The translations under genes and the position numbers were made by a program. 64,000 nt of DNA from an uncultured Acidobacteriota bacterium (GTDB lineage: Bacteria > Acidobacteriota > Blastocatellia > RBC074). Positions 41,654 through 55,290 of this stretch are shown here, in pieces (position 1 is the stretch's first letter; each line of letters opens with the position of its first letter). Below the pieces are notes generated by a model that was not told the origin of the DNA, made no database searches, and was given only the letters and a program-made list of their open reading frames with translations. The stretch lies in assembly GCA_963796275.1 (NCBI GenBank), contig CAWCKY010000004.1, forward strand, positions 576,001 to 640,000. The letters run 5' to 3'.

Positions 41654-44600
41654 TCAGAACTGGAACCGCGCGACGATCTGCCCGCTACGCGGACGAAATC
41701 CATCAGGCGGATTATTGTTATAATTGACGAATCCATAACCGTTCGTCAGCCATCCCAATGGATTCCTGTTTATCGTATCGGTGGGATTGATGGACGAGGG
41801 GGAGGGCAGGTATAGCCGGTTTAGGATGTTGAAAAACTCGGCCCTGATCTCAAAACTCATTCTCTCTTTGATTGGGAACCTGCGACCGAAGTTGAAGTTC
41901 TCCGTCACCTGACGCTGCCAGCGGAAGTCATTGTAGTAACCGGCGGAATATCCGAACTGTCCCAACGGCGCATCTGTCCAGGCGGCGGGGTTCAAGACGA
42001 GCTCCTGCCGAGGGTCGATGCATCCGCAATTGGGGTCCTTCAGGTATAACGGCTGTCCCGGCACACGATTCTGACGCGTTGTCTGATAAATCAGCGAATC
42101 GAGATTGTTGTTGGATGTGGGTGCAGCGATCAGCGCGCCGCTGGCATATCGAACCATTCCGCCTATAGTCCAGTTCCCCAAAATGTTACGGACCCAACGG
42201 TTCGCTCCGGGACGCGGCGTGATGTAAGTGAATCCGGATACGAAGATGAATGGTTGCGAGGTGGCGGCGAGCGATTTCTGGGCATCGCGGTCGAAGGCGT
42301 TGTTGACGGTCGCGCCCCCCAGACCTGGGTTGCCTCCGCTGCCCAGCACAAGCTCTTTCTGCCAGGTGAAGGCAGCCGTCATTTCGAGTCCGCGTGAGTA
42401 GCGCTTGGTCAGCTTGACCTGCAGCGAGTCATACCAGTTGTTCCCCACGGGCGCCCACCTGACCGCCAGGGGGTCGTTGAATTGCGGGAATGGCCGGAGC
42501 GATTGCGCGACGGTGGCGGAACCGGGGAAGCCCGCATAAGGACTCGTGAATCCGCGGGCGGCGGCCAGCGGCGAGTCGAGTCTCGCTGTCAACAGGTCCC
42601 GATCGGCAGGATTATTGAGGTCCAACCCCAACGCGCGAAGACGAGCCGGATTGATTGCGTTTACATTGACCAGATCGTTCGCCTCGAGCCAGACGCCGCG
42701 ATTTCCGACGTAAGCGAGTTCGAGAACGATATCTTTGGTCAACTCGCGCTGCAACGAGATGTTCCATTGGTTAACGCGCCCCGGCCGGCCACCGTTACGA
42801 TCCTTCATCACCCCCCACCAGAAGGCGTCGAAATCGCTCGTCTGGCCAGGCAATGGCCTGATGCCCGGATCGAAATTGGCCGAATAGAGGTCCGCCTCGT
42901 TGTAAACCAGACCATTCTTCAGCAGACTCGCCGGCACGCCGAAGGCAGGATTGCTGAAATCGATCGAGTTGAAACCAAGCCCCAGAGTAGGCGATCCTCC
43001 GGTGACGTACCACCAGTTGGCTAACTGGCTGTATGTCACACCCCAACCCGCTCGTACCACGGTCTTGTCATTCAACTGGTAGGCGATACCGAGCCGCGGC
43101 CCGAAGGCATAGGGATAGGTCTCAGTGAACGTACAATTGCAACGCCCCTGACCATAACCTTCATAAATGAATCCTCCGGGCAGTCCTCCCGCCGACGGAT
43201 TTGGTGTGGACAGATCGATCTGACTGCTGCGGTAATAGAGTTCGTGCCCCTGCCCGCCATAATCCCATCGCAACCCGTAATTGATCGTCAGCTTCGGCGT
43301 TAGCTTCCAGTTATCCTGCGCATACAGGCTGAGCGCTTTTTTGCGCCACTGGGGATCTTTCACGGCCGAGACGGTCGCGGTATCGACAAGCCCCATTAGA
43401 AAACTGGCATAACGGTACCCGACACTTCCTCCGCCTGTCGTGGTAGATTGCAGGTAGGGGAGACCCGTCTGTTCTTCATTGAAAGATAATCGGCCCTGCG
43501 CGGCTGTCAGGTTGACGTCGCTCCAGACCTCCTGTTTGAACTCACCGCCAAATTTGTAGGTGTGGTTGTTGCGCACCCAGGTGACGTTCGCGACCGCCGT
43601 CAATTTGTCGTTCCAGAACTTATTGGCTTGAGTCGGGCCCATCGCGTTCATCCCGCCCCGGTTGCCCTGTAGATTACCCAGGTTTGGACCGACGATTCGC
43701 GGGAAACCAGACGGATCGGTAGATGCGCCTGTAAAACCGATTCCGCTGGCGGCGTCATAGTTGATCACATCGTCAGGTGCGCTATCGGGGTTGTGGAAGC
43801 GTAGGTAGCCGGCTCCCAGGTGAAGAATGAATCGGGGAGAGATGGTCTGATCGAGGTTCACCCGGAGCGTATGCCCGTAGATCAATCTGATCGCGGCGGC
43901 CAGTGATCGGAATCGGTAATCCATCGGCACCTGTGATCTGTTGTGTGTTTTGCACCGACCAGTATCCCGAAAGTTTAGAGGTATCGCTTATATTGTGGTC
44001 GATCTTGAGGCTCGGGATGCTTTGAAATCGCTGGTTAGGAATCCTGGGATCCCAATTATTCTGAAGCTGCCCATTATCCGGATTGGGAATGAGCGTTTGA
44101 ATATTCAGCGCTACCGGGTCCAGCAGTTCTGTGGGGATAGTATTGTTCGGGAATGGATCGCGGATAATCCCTGTTCCGATGGCGGTGCGTCCGGTGGCAT
44201 CATCGACAACGCCCGCGGTGACTTGCCTGGTCGTACGTGGATCGTAAATCGCGTTCTCGATTATCGGTCTCTCCAATAAATCGAACCCGAGTTGGCGTCC
44301 CAATGCTCCGCTGAAGTTGCCCTGGCGGTATGCCTCTGTAGGTACGGTAGACAGCGTCCCCGACGATCGCGTCACATTGCGATATCGTTCCAAATTGAAA
44401 AAGAAAAATGTCTTGTTCCGGCCATCATAGAGCTTGGGCAGATAAATGGGGCCGCCCACGGTGAAACCGTAATCGTGCTTCCGGTCGAGCGATTTGGGCG
44501 CGCGCGATTTACCGTCGGCAGATGAAGAAAATGGGTTATACGAATTGAAGGCCTCATTTGTAAGATATTCGTACGCGCTGCCATGAATCTCATTCGTGCC

Positions 44601-45335
44601 CGACTTTGTGGTGAAGTTAAAAAGTCCGCCGAGGACCTGGCCGTATTCGGCGGAAAAGCTATTGGTTTGAATCGAAAATTCACCGATCGTCTCGACCGAA
44701 GCGGCGGCAACGGTGCTGGTCCAGACGGTATCGTTCGTGCTGGTGACATCCTGGCCTTCGAGATATATTTTAAACGAGCCACCGGGAGCGCCATTTACAT
44801 TCGCCGTGTGCGTGCTTCCGGACACGCCGGGTGAGAGCTGAATAAAGCTCAACCAACCGCGGACCGAGTTGGTAGCGCCGAAATTGAGCGGCAAAGAGTT
44901 AAAAAGCTCGCCGCTAATGTTTGTGCTCTGCTCCGCGTTCTCTGTCTTGAGAAGCGGCGACTGGGCGGTCACCGTCACGAAATCCGAAGGCTCTCCGACC
45001 TGAAGCGTGACATCGACGCGCGCGGTTTGCGCGAGCTGCACGGTGACGCCCTTTTGCAGGTGCTTTTTGAAGCCGGATACCTCAATGCTCAGATCATAGG
45101 CGCCGACAGGCAGCATCGCGAGCATGTAGTTACCGGTTGTAGTGCTCACAGTTTGATATTTGACGCCGGTCTCCACGTTGGTTGCGATCACTATCGCGTT
45201 GGGAATAAAGGCGTTCTGCTGGTCAATGACATTTCCGGTGATGGTTCCGCGATCGGTCTGCGCAACCGCGGTACAAGTTAGCAGGAAAAAAAAGATCGAA
45301 TTTGACAGTAGCCCCGTCAGACTTCGCACGCTCAT
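41654..45335 (-). CDS. TonB-dependent receptor, Oar type; split by one extra base near 43884
   Basis: ATG 45335 after AAGGAGG; AQTDRGTITG, FSAEYGQ..TKSGTN; continues as IYGHTLRVNLD...YAQDNWK...RSGQIVARFQF. Confidence 0.88.
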
Positions 45336-45648
45336 GATGTCCTCCTTACTGGTCGCCTTGTAACTCGATAGATATGGTTGGCCCATGTCTCGGATGGCGT
45401 TGTATTTTAGGGGGTTCCGGCTGATCGGACATCTAACTTTAGATATATCTGATTTGATATGTTTTCCCTGTTTCCGCCACAGTAAAAAGATAGGGGTTAA
45501 TTCGATTGACGCCCTCATCGTCCCATGTCCCCCCAGCTATTGACTGACGGCCTTTCGAAACCCTCACATAGAAAATATAAAAAGAACATATAGTTCATAC
45601 ATATGCAGAGCTGCCATTCCCCGCGGATGGTGCCTTTAAATCGATTAA

Positions 45649-45726
45649 AGTCTTCAGTCTTCAGTATTTGATTTTCAGTCGAGAGGTTTCGGTCGGCGAT
45701 TGAAAACAAAAACTGAAGACTGAACT
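45649..45726. repeat. Divergent heptamer hairpin element (TCTTCAG/CTGAAGA), copy 5
   Basis: AGTCTTCAGTCTTCAG..TTTTCAG ... TGAAAACAAAAACTGAAGACTGAA just upstream of the clostripain gene. Confidence 0.6.
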
Positions 45727-45749
45727 ATTTTCTGAGGAGTAACTCGGCT

Positions 45750-47405
45750 GTGAGCAATAAACTGAAGACACAATCCAAAAACCGGAATCATAATGAGACA
45801 AATGAGATGGCCAAATGGACGGTGATGGTCTATTTCGCTGCAGACAACGACCTCGACGAGGAAGCCATCGCCAATTTGAAAATGATGAAGCGAGTGGGGT
45901 CGACGAAAGAGGTCAATATTGTCGCACAGCTCGATTCGCGCGGAAGAGGAAGCACTTACCGGTTTTTATTGCAGGATGAACTGTCGTCACTCGACGAGGA
46001 CGTCGTGGGTGAACCTTTGCCTGAGGTCAATACGGGTGATCCACGTGAACTTACAGATTTCATTAAATGGGGGATGAACGAATTCCCGGCCCAGAATACT
46101 ATGCTGGTGCTTTGGGGCCACGGGCGGGGGTGGGAGAATCAGGATAACGCAGTACGCGCCGCGCCACTGACGACAGATGTCATCCATTACAAGAAGCGAG
46201 GGGGCGCAGAATTACAGGGATGGTCGGTAGCACGCACGGGTAATCGCGAGATACGGCGATTCATACGTTCAGCTAACGAGATCGATTCAATGAAAATCGG
46301 CAATATATTGCATTCGGGAGGACCAATTACCTGCCAATATGCGGGAGGATACGTCGGTCAATATCTTCCCGCCGGTCAATTCAAGGACCAGGAGAATGAA
46401 GACGTGGTGGGATTTCTTACGGATCAGACGTCAGATGAAGCGTTGGAGTCGTCTCAGGACGTGCTCAGGATGGACGAACTGAGCAGCGCGCTTGCAAAAG
46501 CGCTCGACGGTAAAAAGAAACGAAAGATCGACATTCTCGGTATGGACGCATGTCTGATGGGAATGATAGAAGTTGGGTACCAGGTCAGGGAGTCGGTCGA
46601 TTATCTGGTAGCCACCGAAGACACGATCCCGGACGACGGGTGGCCATATGACAATATACTCGCGCGTTTAGTCGATTGTCCCGATATGAGCCCGGAAGAT
46701 TTTTCGGCAACGATCGTCAGGGAGTACCTGATTCATTATCGCGAGTACGAGAAAGACGTCGCGAAGTCCGTTTGCAACCTTAACCGGAGCCAATCGCTTG
46801 TCAGCTCATTGAAGGGGCTCGCGATGGAGTTGAGGAACAGACTCTCCGAGGATGAAGTGAGAGTTGCGATATTGGGCTCACGCGCAACGGCGCAGACTTT
46901 TTATGTGAAGGACTATGTCGATCTCTATGATTTTTGCGCCAAATTGGAAAAGCTATGTCCGGACGAAAAGGTAAAATCAGGATGCGCGAAGATAATGAAC
47001 GTCATCCGCCGGAGCAAACAAGAGGATGGTGAAAAAGGGAGCCCATCACAGGGTCACGAGAACAACTTCGTTTCCGAATATGGGTTCATCGGTCACCGTA
47101 TGAGAGGTTCAAATGGAGTATCGATCTATTTTCCGATCGTAGAGCCATCCTCGAAATACGCAGATCTGCCATTCGCAAAAGACTCAGAATGGTATGGATT
47201 CCTCAAAGAGCTCGCCGGTTTATTCCCCGAGATCGGCGAGGATGTTGGAGCGGACGGATCGGCCGCTCTCGGGTCAGGTGTGAAAGCTGATGGAGGTTGT
47301 GAGGGTCTTAAGACGTGCGCTGGAACCGAAGAAAAATTCGGCCAGGGAATGGTACAGATAGTGCCGCCAATACGCGGTAGAGAATGTGCCTCGCGGAAAG
47401 ACTGA
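45750..47405 (+). CDS. Clostripain-family (C11, clan CD) cysteine peptidase, no evident signal peptide
   Basis: KWTVMVYFAADNDL, EVNTGDP, LVLWGHG (His), DILGMDACLMG (Cys), GWPYD, YVDLYDF, GVSIYFP. Confidence 0.9.
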   Translation: MSNKLKTQSKNRNHNETNEMAKWTVMVYFAADNDLDEEAIANLKMMKRVGSTKEVNIVAQLDSRGRGSTYRFLLQDELSSLDEDVVGEPLPEVNTGDPRELTDFIKWGMNEFPAQNTMLVLWGHGRGWENQDNAVRAAPLTTDVIHYKKRGGAELQGWSVARTGNREIRRFIRSANEIDSMKIGNILHSGGPITCQYAGGYVGQYLPAGQFKDQENEDVVGFLTDQTSDEALESSQDVLRMDELSSALAKALDGKKKRKIDILGMDACLMGMIEVGYQVRESVDYLVATEDTIPDDGWPYDNILARLVDCPDMSPEDFSATIVREYLIHYREYEKDVAKSVCNLNRSQSLVSSLKGLAMELRNRLSEDEVRVAILGSRATAQTFYVKDYVDLYDFCAKLEKLCPDEKVKSGCAKIMNVIRRSKQEDGEKGSPSQGHENNFVSEYGFIGHRMRGSNGVSIYFPIVEPSSKYADLPFAKDSEWYGFLKELAGLFPEIGEDVGADGSAALGSGVKADGGCEGLKTCAGTEEKFGQGMVQIVPPIRGRECASRKD

Positions 47406-47408
47406 AAA

Positions 47409-50400
47409 ATGATCCGTGTAACCCTATCGATAGTTTTTGTCATGCTGTGTGCGATCGCATTGCGGTTAGACAGCGAACCGATATTCGCAATCGGGCATCA
47501 GGATCCGGACCGGCGAATTTCACTGGAGACCGGAGAGCCGATAACCGCTAATCTGATCAATGGCCGGAAGAACTTCTATCAAATAGAGGCTCTTCCAGGC
47601 CATTTTTTTCGATTAATCGTTAGTACTGTTGATTTCCCGCTCAAGATAGCGATATACGACCCGAACGGCCGTCTTATACGTGAAGGGCGGAGTCGCCGTT
47701 TCGGACCGGTCTCATTCTCGAGTATTGCCTCGACAGCCGGGCGCTATCTTATTGAAATCAGTACCAACGAAGGAATAACACACGAAGGTGTTTATGACAT
47801 CCTATTGCAGGATAACAGGCAGTTCGAAGAGGTGGATAAAATCCGCATCGCCTCTGAACTGGTCTTTCACGAAGCCCAATTGTTGGGTGAAAAGAATGGC
47901 GCAGAGCTTCGCCGTCAAGCGATCGAGAAATACGACCAGGCGATTGCAGGATGGCGCGAACTCGGCGACCGCCGTGAAGAAGCGATGACGCTCAACAGCA
48001 AGGGCATCGTTCTCATTAACGACAACGAATATCAGCAGGCCCTTGATTGCTTCACTCAAGCCCAACCCATCTGGCGATCGATAAATGACGGGGAGGGGCA
48101 GGCTGAATCGCTCTCCTTCCTCGCAAATATTTATTCCGATTTGGGGAATCTCCGGCAAGCTCGCGAGAGCGCCCAACAGGCGCTGGACCTGTTGATACCA
48201 TTGAACCGATTACGCAGTCTAGCGCGCACGAAAACCACGCTCGCAGTCATCAATATGAAATTGGGCGAACCCCAACAGGGGCTCGACCTGTATCGCGAGG
48301 CGTTAGAGCTCAATCGACAAATCCACAGCCTTACGGGCGAGGTAATGGCTCTCAATGGTTTGGGTTACGCGTACTACGAAATCGGCGATGATTGGAATGC
48401 GATCGACAGCGCCACGCAAGCGTTACAGGCGGCCGAAAAAAGCGGTAATCGAATGTATCAGAAGATAGCGCATACCACCATCGGGGCGGCATACGTCAGA
48501 TTGGGCGATACGCATCGAGCCCTGTCGCATGAGATGCAGGCGGTGGCGCTCAGCCGGATGATCCGTGATCGGAGGTTGGAAGCTTATTCATTGAAGCAGC
48601 TTGGGACTATCTACGAAGCTCTCGGTGAGAGAACGAAAGCGATGGACCATTACGAGCGCGCGTTGCAACTCAATCGCGAGGTCCAGAACCCCCAGCAGGA
48701 AGCCGTAACGCTCAACAAGATCGGCTTCATGCACGAATTGAACGGAAACACGGAGAAAGCGCTTGCGTTTTATCGCGAATCTCTACCGATCAGCCGGAAG
48801 GCGGAAATACCGGCGGAAGAGATACGTTCACTGCATAACATCGCGCGCGTCCTGCGCGATCTGGGGTCGCTCGATAAATCGCGAGTACAAATCGAACAAG
48901 CCATCAAATTGATCGAGTCATTACGCGTACGCGTGGGTGGCCGCCAACTCAGAGAGTCGTATTTCTCTACCGTGCAAAAGAGCTATGAACTCTATATCGA
49001 TGTTCTGATGCTCCTGCACAAGCAGCGACCCGCCGAAAAGCTGAACGAAATCGCCCTTCAGGTGAGCGAGCAGGCGCGCGCGCGCAGCTTGCGAGAGATG
49101 CTCGCCGAATCGCGCATCGACTTACGCAAACATGTGCCGCCCTCTCTGCTTGAACGCGAACTCTCCTTGCAACAAGAACTGAACAGCAAAGCTGTTCGCC
49201 AGCAAAATATGCTTAGCCGGCCTCACTCTCAACAAGAGGCCGATATAATCGCGCGCGAAATAAGATCTCTTCAGCTCGAGGAGGATGAGATTGAGCGACA
49301 GATACGCGAATCGGCACCCCGCTATGCGGCCTTGACGCAGCCACAACCGCTTACAAGCAAAGAGATACAGCAGCAGTTGCTCGACGATGACACTGCTCTG
49401 TTGGAATACGCCCTCGGCGATAACCGCAGCTATCTCTGGCTCGTTACGCCGCAAAAGATCATCAGCTATGAACTGCGCCCACGCGGCGTGATAGAGAAGA
49501 CGGCTCGCCAGGTATACGAACATCTGGTCATGCGCGAGTCGCTCAATGGAAATAAGCCAGAGAATTACGAACAACGCGTAAGGCATATCAGGGAGGCGGA
49601 GAAAAAATACAGGATTGAGGCGGAAGCGCTCACTCAAATGATCCTCGCTCCCGTAGCATCGGAACTCAAACAATCGAGGTTGGTTATCGTCGGCGATGGG
49701 GCGTTGCTATATCTGCCGTTCGGGGCTTTGCCGCTCTCCGTACCTGCGCCCACCAGGGATATAAACAGGTCGCGTCGGGATGTCTTTGTTCCTTTTGTCG
49801 ATAAATACGAAATCGCCAATCTACCTTCAGCCTCAACGCTATCGGAATTGAGGAAAGAGATGGCCCAACGGCAGCCCGCTCCGAAAACTATCGCAGTCAT
49901 AGCCAATCCGGTCTTCACTCTTGATGACGACAGGTTTGCCATTCCCCGTAAACTCGCGGGTGGCGCATCGTTGTCTCCGCCTGTTCCCAATCAACTATTA
50001 CGCGCCTGGGAGACTGGGGGTGGCGAAAAAGAGATACCAAGCTTACCGTTCTCCGAGAGAGAGGGGAACGAGATCATCAAACTTGCGCCGCCCGAATCAA
50101 GCCTGCTCGCGATGGGGTTTAATGCCGATCGCTCGCTCCTGGAGAGCCGTCAAATCAGCGAATACCGATTCATCCACTTCGCTACCCACGGGCTGATGAA
50201 TGGGCAGCACCCGGAGCTTTCAGGACTTATTCTTTCTCTTTATAAGCCGGACGGGCAGAAGGTAGACGGGTTTCTTCGGATGCACGAGATTTACAACCTG
50301 CATCTTCCGTCTGATCTGGTCGTGCTCAGCGCATGCCAGACCGGAATCGGCAAGGAGATAAAGGGGGAAGGCGTGATCGGATTGACGCGCGGTTTTATGT

Positions 50401-50615
50401 ACGCCGGGGCTTCACGCGTTATCGCCACCTTGTGGAAGGTCGATGACGCCGCCACGGCCGCGCTGATGGGGCATTTTTACCGTGGTTTGTTACAGGAGAA
50501 TCTCACGCCCTCTGCCGCACTCAGACAAGCAAAGATGAAAATAATGCGGCAGAATCAGCGCTGGCGTTCACCTTACTTCTGGGCTGCTTTCGTTTTGCAG
50601 GGGGAGTATCGGTAA
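47409..50615 (+). CDS. TPR-CHAT (caspase-like, clan CD) protein with signal peptide and PPC-like domain
   Basis: About 8 TPRs, SEQARARSL, IHFATHG (His), LVVLSACQTG (Cys), ATLWKVDD, SPYFWAAFVLQG; starts 3 nt after the clostripain stop. Confidence 0.93.
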   Translation: MIRVTLSIVFVMLCAIALRLDSEPIFAIGHQDPDRRISLETGEPITANLINGRKNFYQIEALPGHFFRLIVSTVDFPLKIAIYDPNGRLIREGRSRRFGPVSFSSIASTAGRYLIEISTNEGITHEGVYDILLQDNRQFEEVDKIRIASELVFHEAQLLGEKNGAELRRQAIEKYDQAIAGWRELGDRREEAMTLNSKGIVLINDNEYQQALDCFTQAQPIWRSINDGEGQAESLSFLANIYSDLGNLRQARESAQQALDLLIPLNRLRSLARTKTTLAVINMKLGEPQQGLDLYREALELNRQIHSLTGEVMALNGLGYAYYEIGDDWNAIDSATQALQAAEKSGNRMYQKIAHTTIGAAYVRLGDTHRALSHEMQAVALSRMIRDRRLEAYSLKQLGTIYEALGERTKAMDHYERALQLNREVQNPQQEAVTLNKIGFMHELNGNTEKALAFYRESLPISRKAEIPAEEIRSLHNIARVLRDLGSLDKSRVQIEQAIKLIESLRVRVGGRQLRESYFSTVQKSYELYIDVLMLLHKQRPAEKLNEIALQVSEQARARSLREMLAESRIDLRKHVPPSLLERELSLQQELNSKAVRQQNMLSRPHSQQEADIIAREIRSLQLEEDEIERQIRESAPRYAALTQPQPLTSKEIQQQLLDDDTALLEYALGDNRSYLWLVTPQKIISYELRPRGVIEKTARQVYEHLVMRESLNGNKPENYEQRVRHIREAEKKYRIEAEALTQMILAPVASELKQSRLVIVGDGALLYLPFGALPLSVPAPTRDINRSRRDVFVPFVDKYEIANLPSASTLSELRKEMAQRQPAPKTIAVIANPVFTLDDDRFAIPRKLAGGASLSPPVPNQLLRAWETGGGEKEIPSLPFSEREGNEIIKLAPPESSLLAMGFNADRSLLESRQISEYRFIHFATHGLMNGQHPELSGLILSLYKPDGQKVDGFLRMHEIYNLHLPSDLVVLSACQTGIGKEIKGEGVIGLTRGFMYAGASRVIATLWKVDDAATAALMGHFYRGLLQENLTPSAALRQAKMKIMRQNQRWRSPYFWAAFVLQGEYR

Positions 50616-51246
50616 AGAGTAAAGAGTTAACCACAAAACTTAAATCGATTATTAAATTCAGCAGATAATTGTGTTACACAACCGTTACCGGTACTGATCC
50701 GCGTAAATCACTCCTGCCAGATGAATAGGGCTGAGCTGAATCTAGCTGATGAAGATGCATCCCATCAAATACTGCCTACTGTTAACGCGACTGTAATGTG
50801 ACATTGTGAGAGATAACCTCTCAAGAACCCTCTTCGATTATAACGTTAAAATATAGTGCCAACCTTTTGGTATTGAAGGATTGTTTGTCTTGAATACCCT
50901 GTGTTCGTCGGAGCCGCTTACGGGGAATTTGTAAATGAATAACCTTTTGTTGCGTGAGTTAGAAAGAGTGGATTTCCCAGAAACCGGATGGTGACAAATG
51001 ACAAAACCGGCAGGGCAACGAGTCAGATCACAGTCACCATCCGTCCTTTACCCCTTGCCCTTACAGGCATGGCTGAGGGGCGCATTGAACTTCATAAAAC
51101 ACCCCTGACACGTCAACCCAATTGCACATTTGCACACAATTTCTAGTGTAGAAAATGGAGTAAACATATCGGGGAAATTTATTTGAGGATGATTGATCTG
51201 AAATATTGTGATAAACATCACTATTGATATATGTCTTCGCCTTCTT

Positions 51247-52206
51247 CTATCGCTTCAACACCTGAAATGTTGGCTGGCTCAGGTGATCTACATTACCAGT
51301 ATTATTTACCCCGCTCAGCGTCAGGGTATAAGCACCGGTGGTAAATTCGCTTGCCGACAAAGTGATGGTAAACGTCGCGACTGAATGGTTTAGTTTTGGA
51401 CTGATGCTTTCATTGCTCCAGATTTTTGCTCCGCCTGAAGATTGTATATCGGCGCGATAACTGGGATAACCGCTATCCTCCATTTTGTAGATCAACTCAA
51501 CTTTATCTGTCTGCGGCAGGATGACTAGTGGCGGGGTGATACTACCATCTCCGCCTCTCAGAGTTCCATCTACCATAACGTGTTTGATGGTTACTGGAAG
51601 GGTTGTGCCCAACGGCGATTTAGTCGTCTGTGGCTGGAGTCGCATCCGTAACTTATCAATTTCTTGCGCCAGTTCGACGTTGCGTTGTTTCGCGCCGTCT
51701 ATCTCCTTCAGAAGTTCCATCTCCCGACGCATGCTATCCAGGCGGATTGCGTTCGCTTCAATAGGCAGCTGTCTGGATCCCTTGACTAACCAGCCTCCCC
51801 CCAACACGATCGATAAAACCGCAGCCGCCCCCATCAAACCCAGAGCCCATTTATAACTCGGGTTCGAGGTAGACGCGCTCTCTCTTGATAGCGTCTCAAA
51901 TACCGATACCTTGCTCCGCTGCTTTACTACTTCCTGGTCAATCCGGCGCAATAGAACATCAGCAACCTGAACTCGCAGCCGTATGTCAGGAGTCGTCAAA
52001 TAATAGCGTTCAAATCGTTCACGTTCGCGAGGCTCCAACCGCTTACGCAAATAATCGGCTATCAAGTCACTCTCGACTTCACAAAGCAGCGTGTAAATCT
52101 CGGAATCGGTGATGAACCGTTCCTCCACAGCAGCTTGTTCAATCTCAGATAATTCGCCTAACAGATACCTTATTAGGTTCTCTTCAGTTATTGTTACATT
52201 TCCCAT
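51247..52206 (-). CDS. Putative transmembrane anti-sigma factor
   Basis: N-terminal LIRYLLGELSEIEQAAVEERF..DLIADYL...RERFE, single TM helix, coiled coil, Ig-like C-terminus; lies downstream of the ECF sigma gene. Start placed at ATG 52206. Confidence 0.75.
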   Translation of the reverse strand: MGNVTITEENLIRYLLGELSEIEQAAVEERFITDSEIYTLLCEVESDLIADYLRKRLEPRERERFERYYLTTPDIRLRVQVADVLLRRIDQEVVKQRSKVSVFETLSRESASTSNPSYKWALGLMGAAAVLSIVLGGGWLVKGSRQLPIEANAIRLDSMRREMELLKEIDGAKQRNVELAQEIDKLRMRLQPQTTKSPLGTTLPVTIKHVMVDGTLRGGDGSITPPLVILPQTDKVELIYKMEDSGYPSYRADIQSSGGAKIWSNESISPKLNHSVATFTITLSASEFTTGAYTLTLSGVNNTGNVDHLSQPTFQVLKR

Positions 52207-52466
52207 GGGCAAGGCACTCCAACATTCAACTTCGAAATAATTATATACACTGAACCTCGCAAGACGCCCGTCAGGATGATCGGGGGCTACATATACGTTA
52301 TTGATAGCACAGGCATTAACAGTCAATTTGAGCGACGGACTATTTTTTGGAGGAGTGTCTCAAAAAACACTCAGGGAGTATCAATGCGTTTAGCTTGCAA
52401 CAATTGCCCGTACGCGCAGTTTGGAAATTCGTTTATTCAGTGGCGAAAATGGAAATCTATATCGTG

Positions 52467-53033
52467 TTATTTTTTTAGACATTCGAGAATACATTGTTCC
52501 AGTTTCTCTCTTAACCTCTGTGCTCGATTGGCCAGTGCGTCGCGGCGCAATCCCAGGCGTTTGGCCAACGCTTTGCGTCGGTCAATCCTATCTCTTTGAG
52601 AATCTTGATAATACTCGATTATTAGAGACCTGCTTTCTGGTGGAAGTTGCTGGAGACACCGATCCAGGCATTGCAGCATCCTCTCCTTCTCCGTGGAATC
52701 ATCGTCCTGGTTAGACATCGTATCTCCCAGGACGGATTCTTCCAGTGGAACTCGTTTATTTTCTCGGGACTTGAGTCGTTCTAAAAGTATCAATCGCGCC
52801 ACTTCATAGCAGTAACTGTAGATGTTTTTTATCTCTACTCCCTCCAGAAGCCTGCGGGATACCCGATCGAAAACCTCATCTGCGCATTCTTCGGCGAAGA
52901 ATATTCCGCGCCCGTTATAAAACCTGATCAGCGCCCTACGCAGCTCTTCATACTTCTCCCCAGCGCGTTCATGCTCAGCATCGAAGCAGTCGAGGAGCTT
53001 CTTCAGCGAATCGCCAGTTATTGATCTGTTCAT
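52467..53033 (-). CDS. ECF-type sigma-70 factor
   Basis: YEELRRALIRF..AEECADEVFDRV (region 2); CLDRCLQQLPPESRSLIIEYY..LAKRLG..RAQRLREKL (region 4). Confidence 0.85.
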   Translation of the reverse strand: MNRSITGDSLKKLLDCFDAEHERAGEKYEELRRALIRFYNGRGIFFAEECADEVFDRVSRRLLEGVEIKNIYSYCYEVARLILLERLKSRENKRVPLEESVLGDTMSNQDDDSTEKERMLQCLDRCLQQLPPESRSLIIEYYQDSQRDRIDRRKALAKRLGLRRDALANRAQRLREKLEQCILECLKK

Positions 53034-53293
53034 AGATTGTGACCGCAATTCCCTTTAGCAGTGCGCCCTCGGCCAATTCATTGTAGTTCTAGTACCTTAT
53101 TGGCCACTACGATGTCAACTAACAATGGCGTGAAAACAGCTTTAGGAGGGAAAATTGGGGGATTTTGCCACGCAAAGACACAAGGACGCAAAAAGAGAGA
53201 GAGTAACAAGAATAGAAACAAAAGGAAAAGAAACTCCTTTTTTTTAATCTTCTCTCTCTTTACGACTTTGTGGTCCGCTAGAGATTCCCCAAC

Positions 53294-55261
<1,968 letters not shown>

Positions 55262-55290
55262 TCTGGAATACCTCGTCTCATTACAATTTT

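Noticed and set aside
50847-50862. sigma54 promoter on the minus strand
   Set aside because: The -24 TGGCAC element is present but the -12 GC is absent, so it is not called as a feature.
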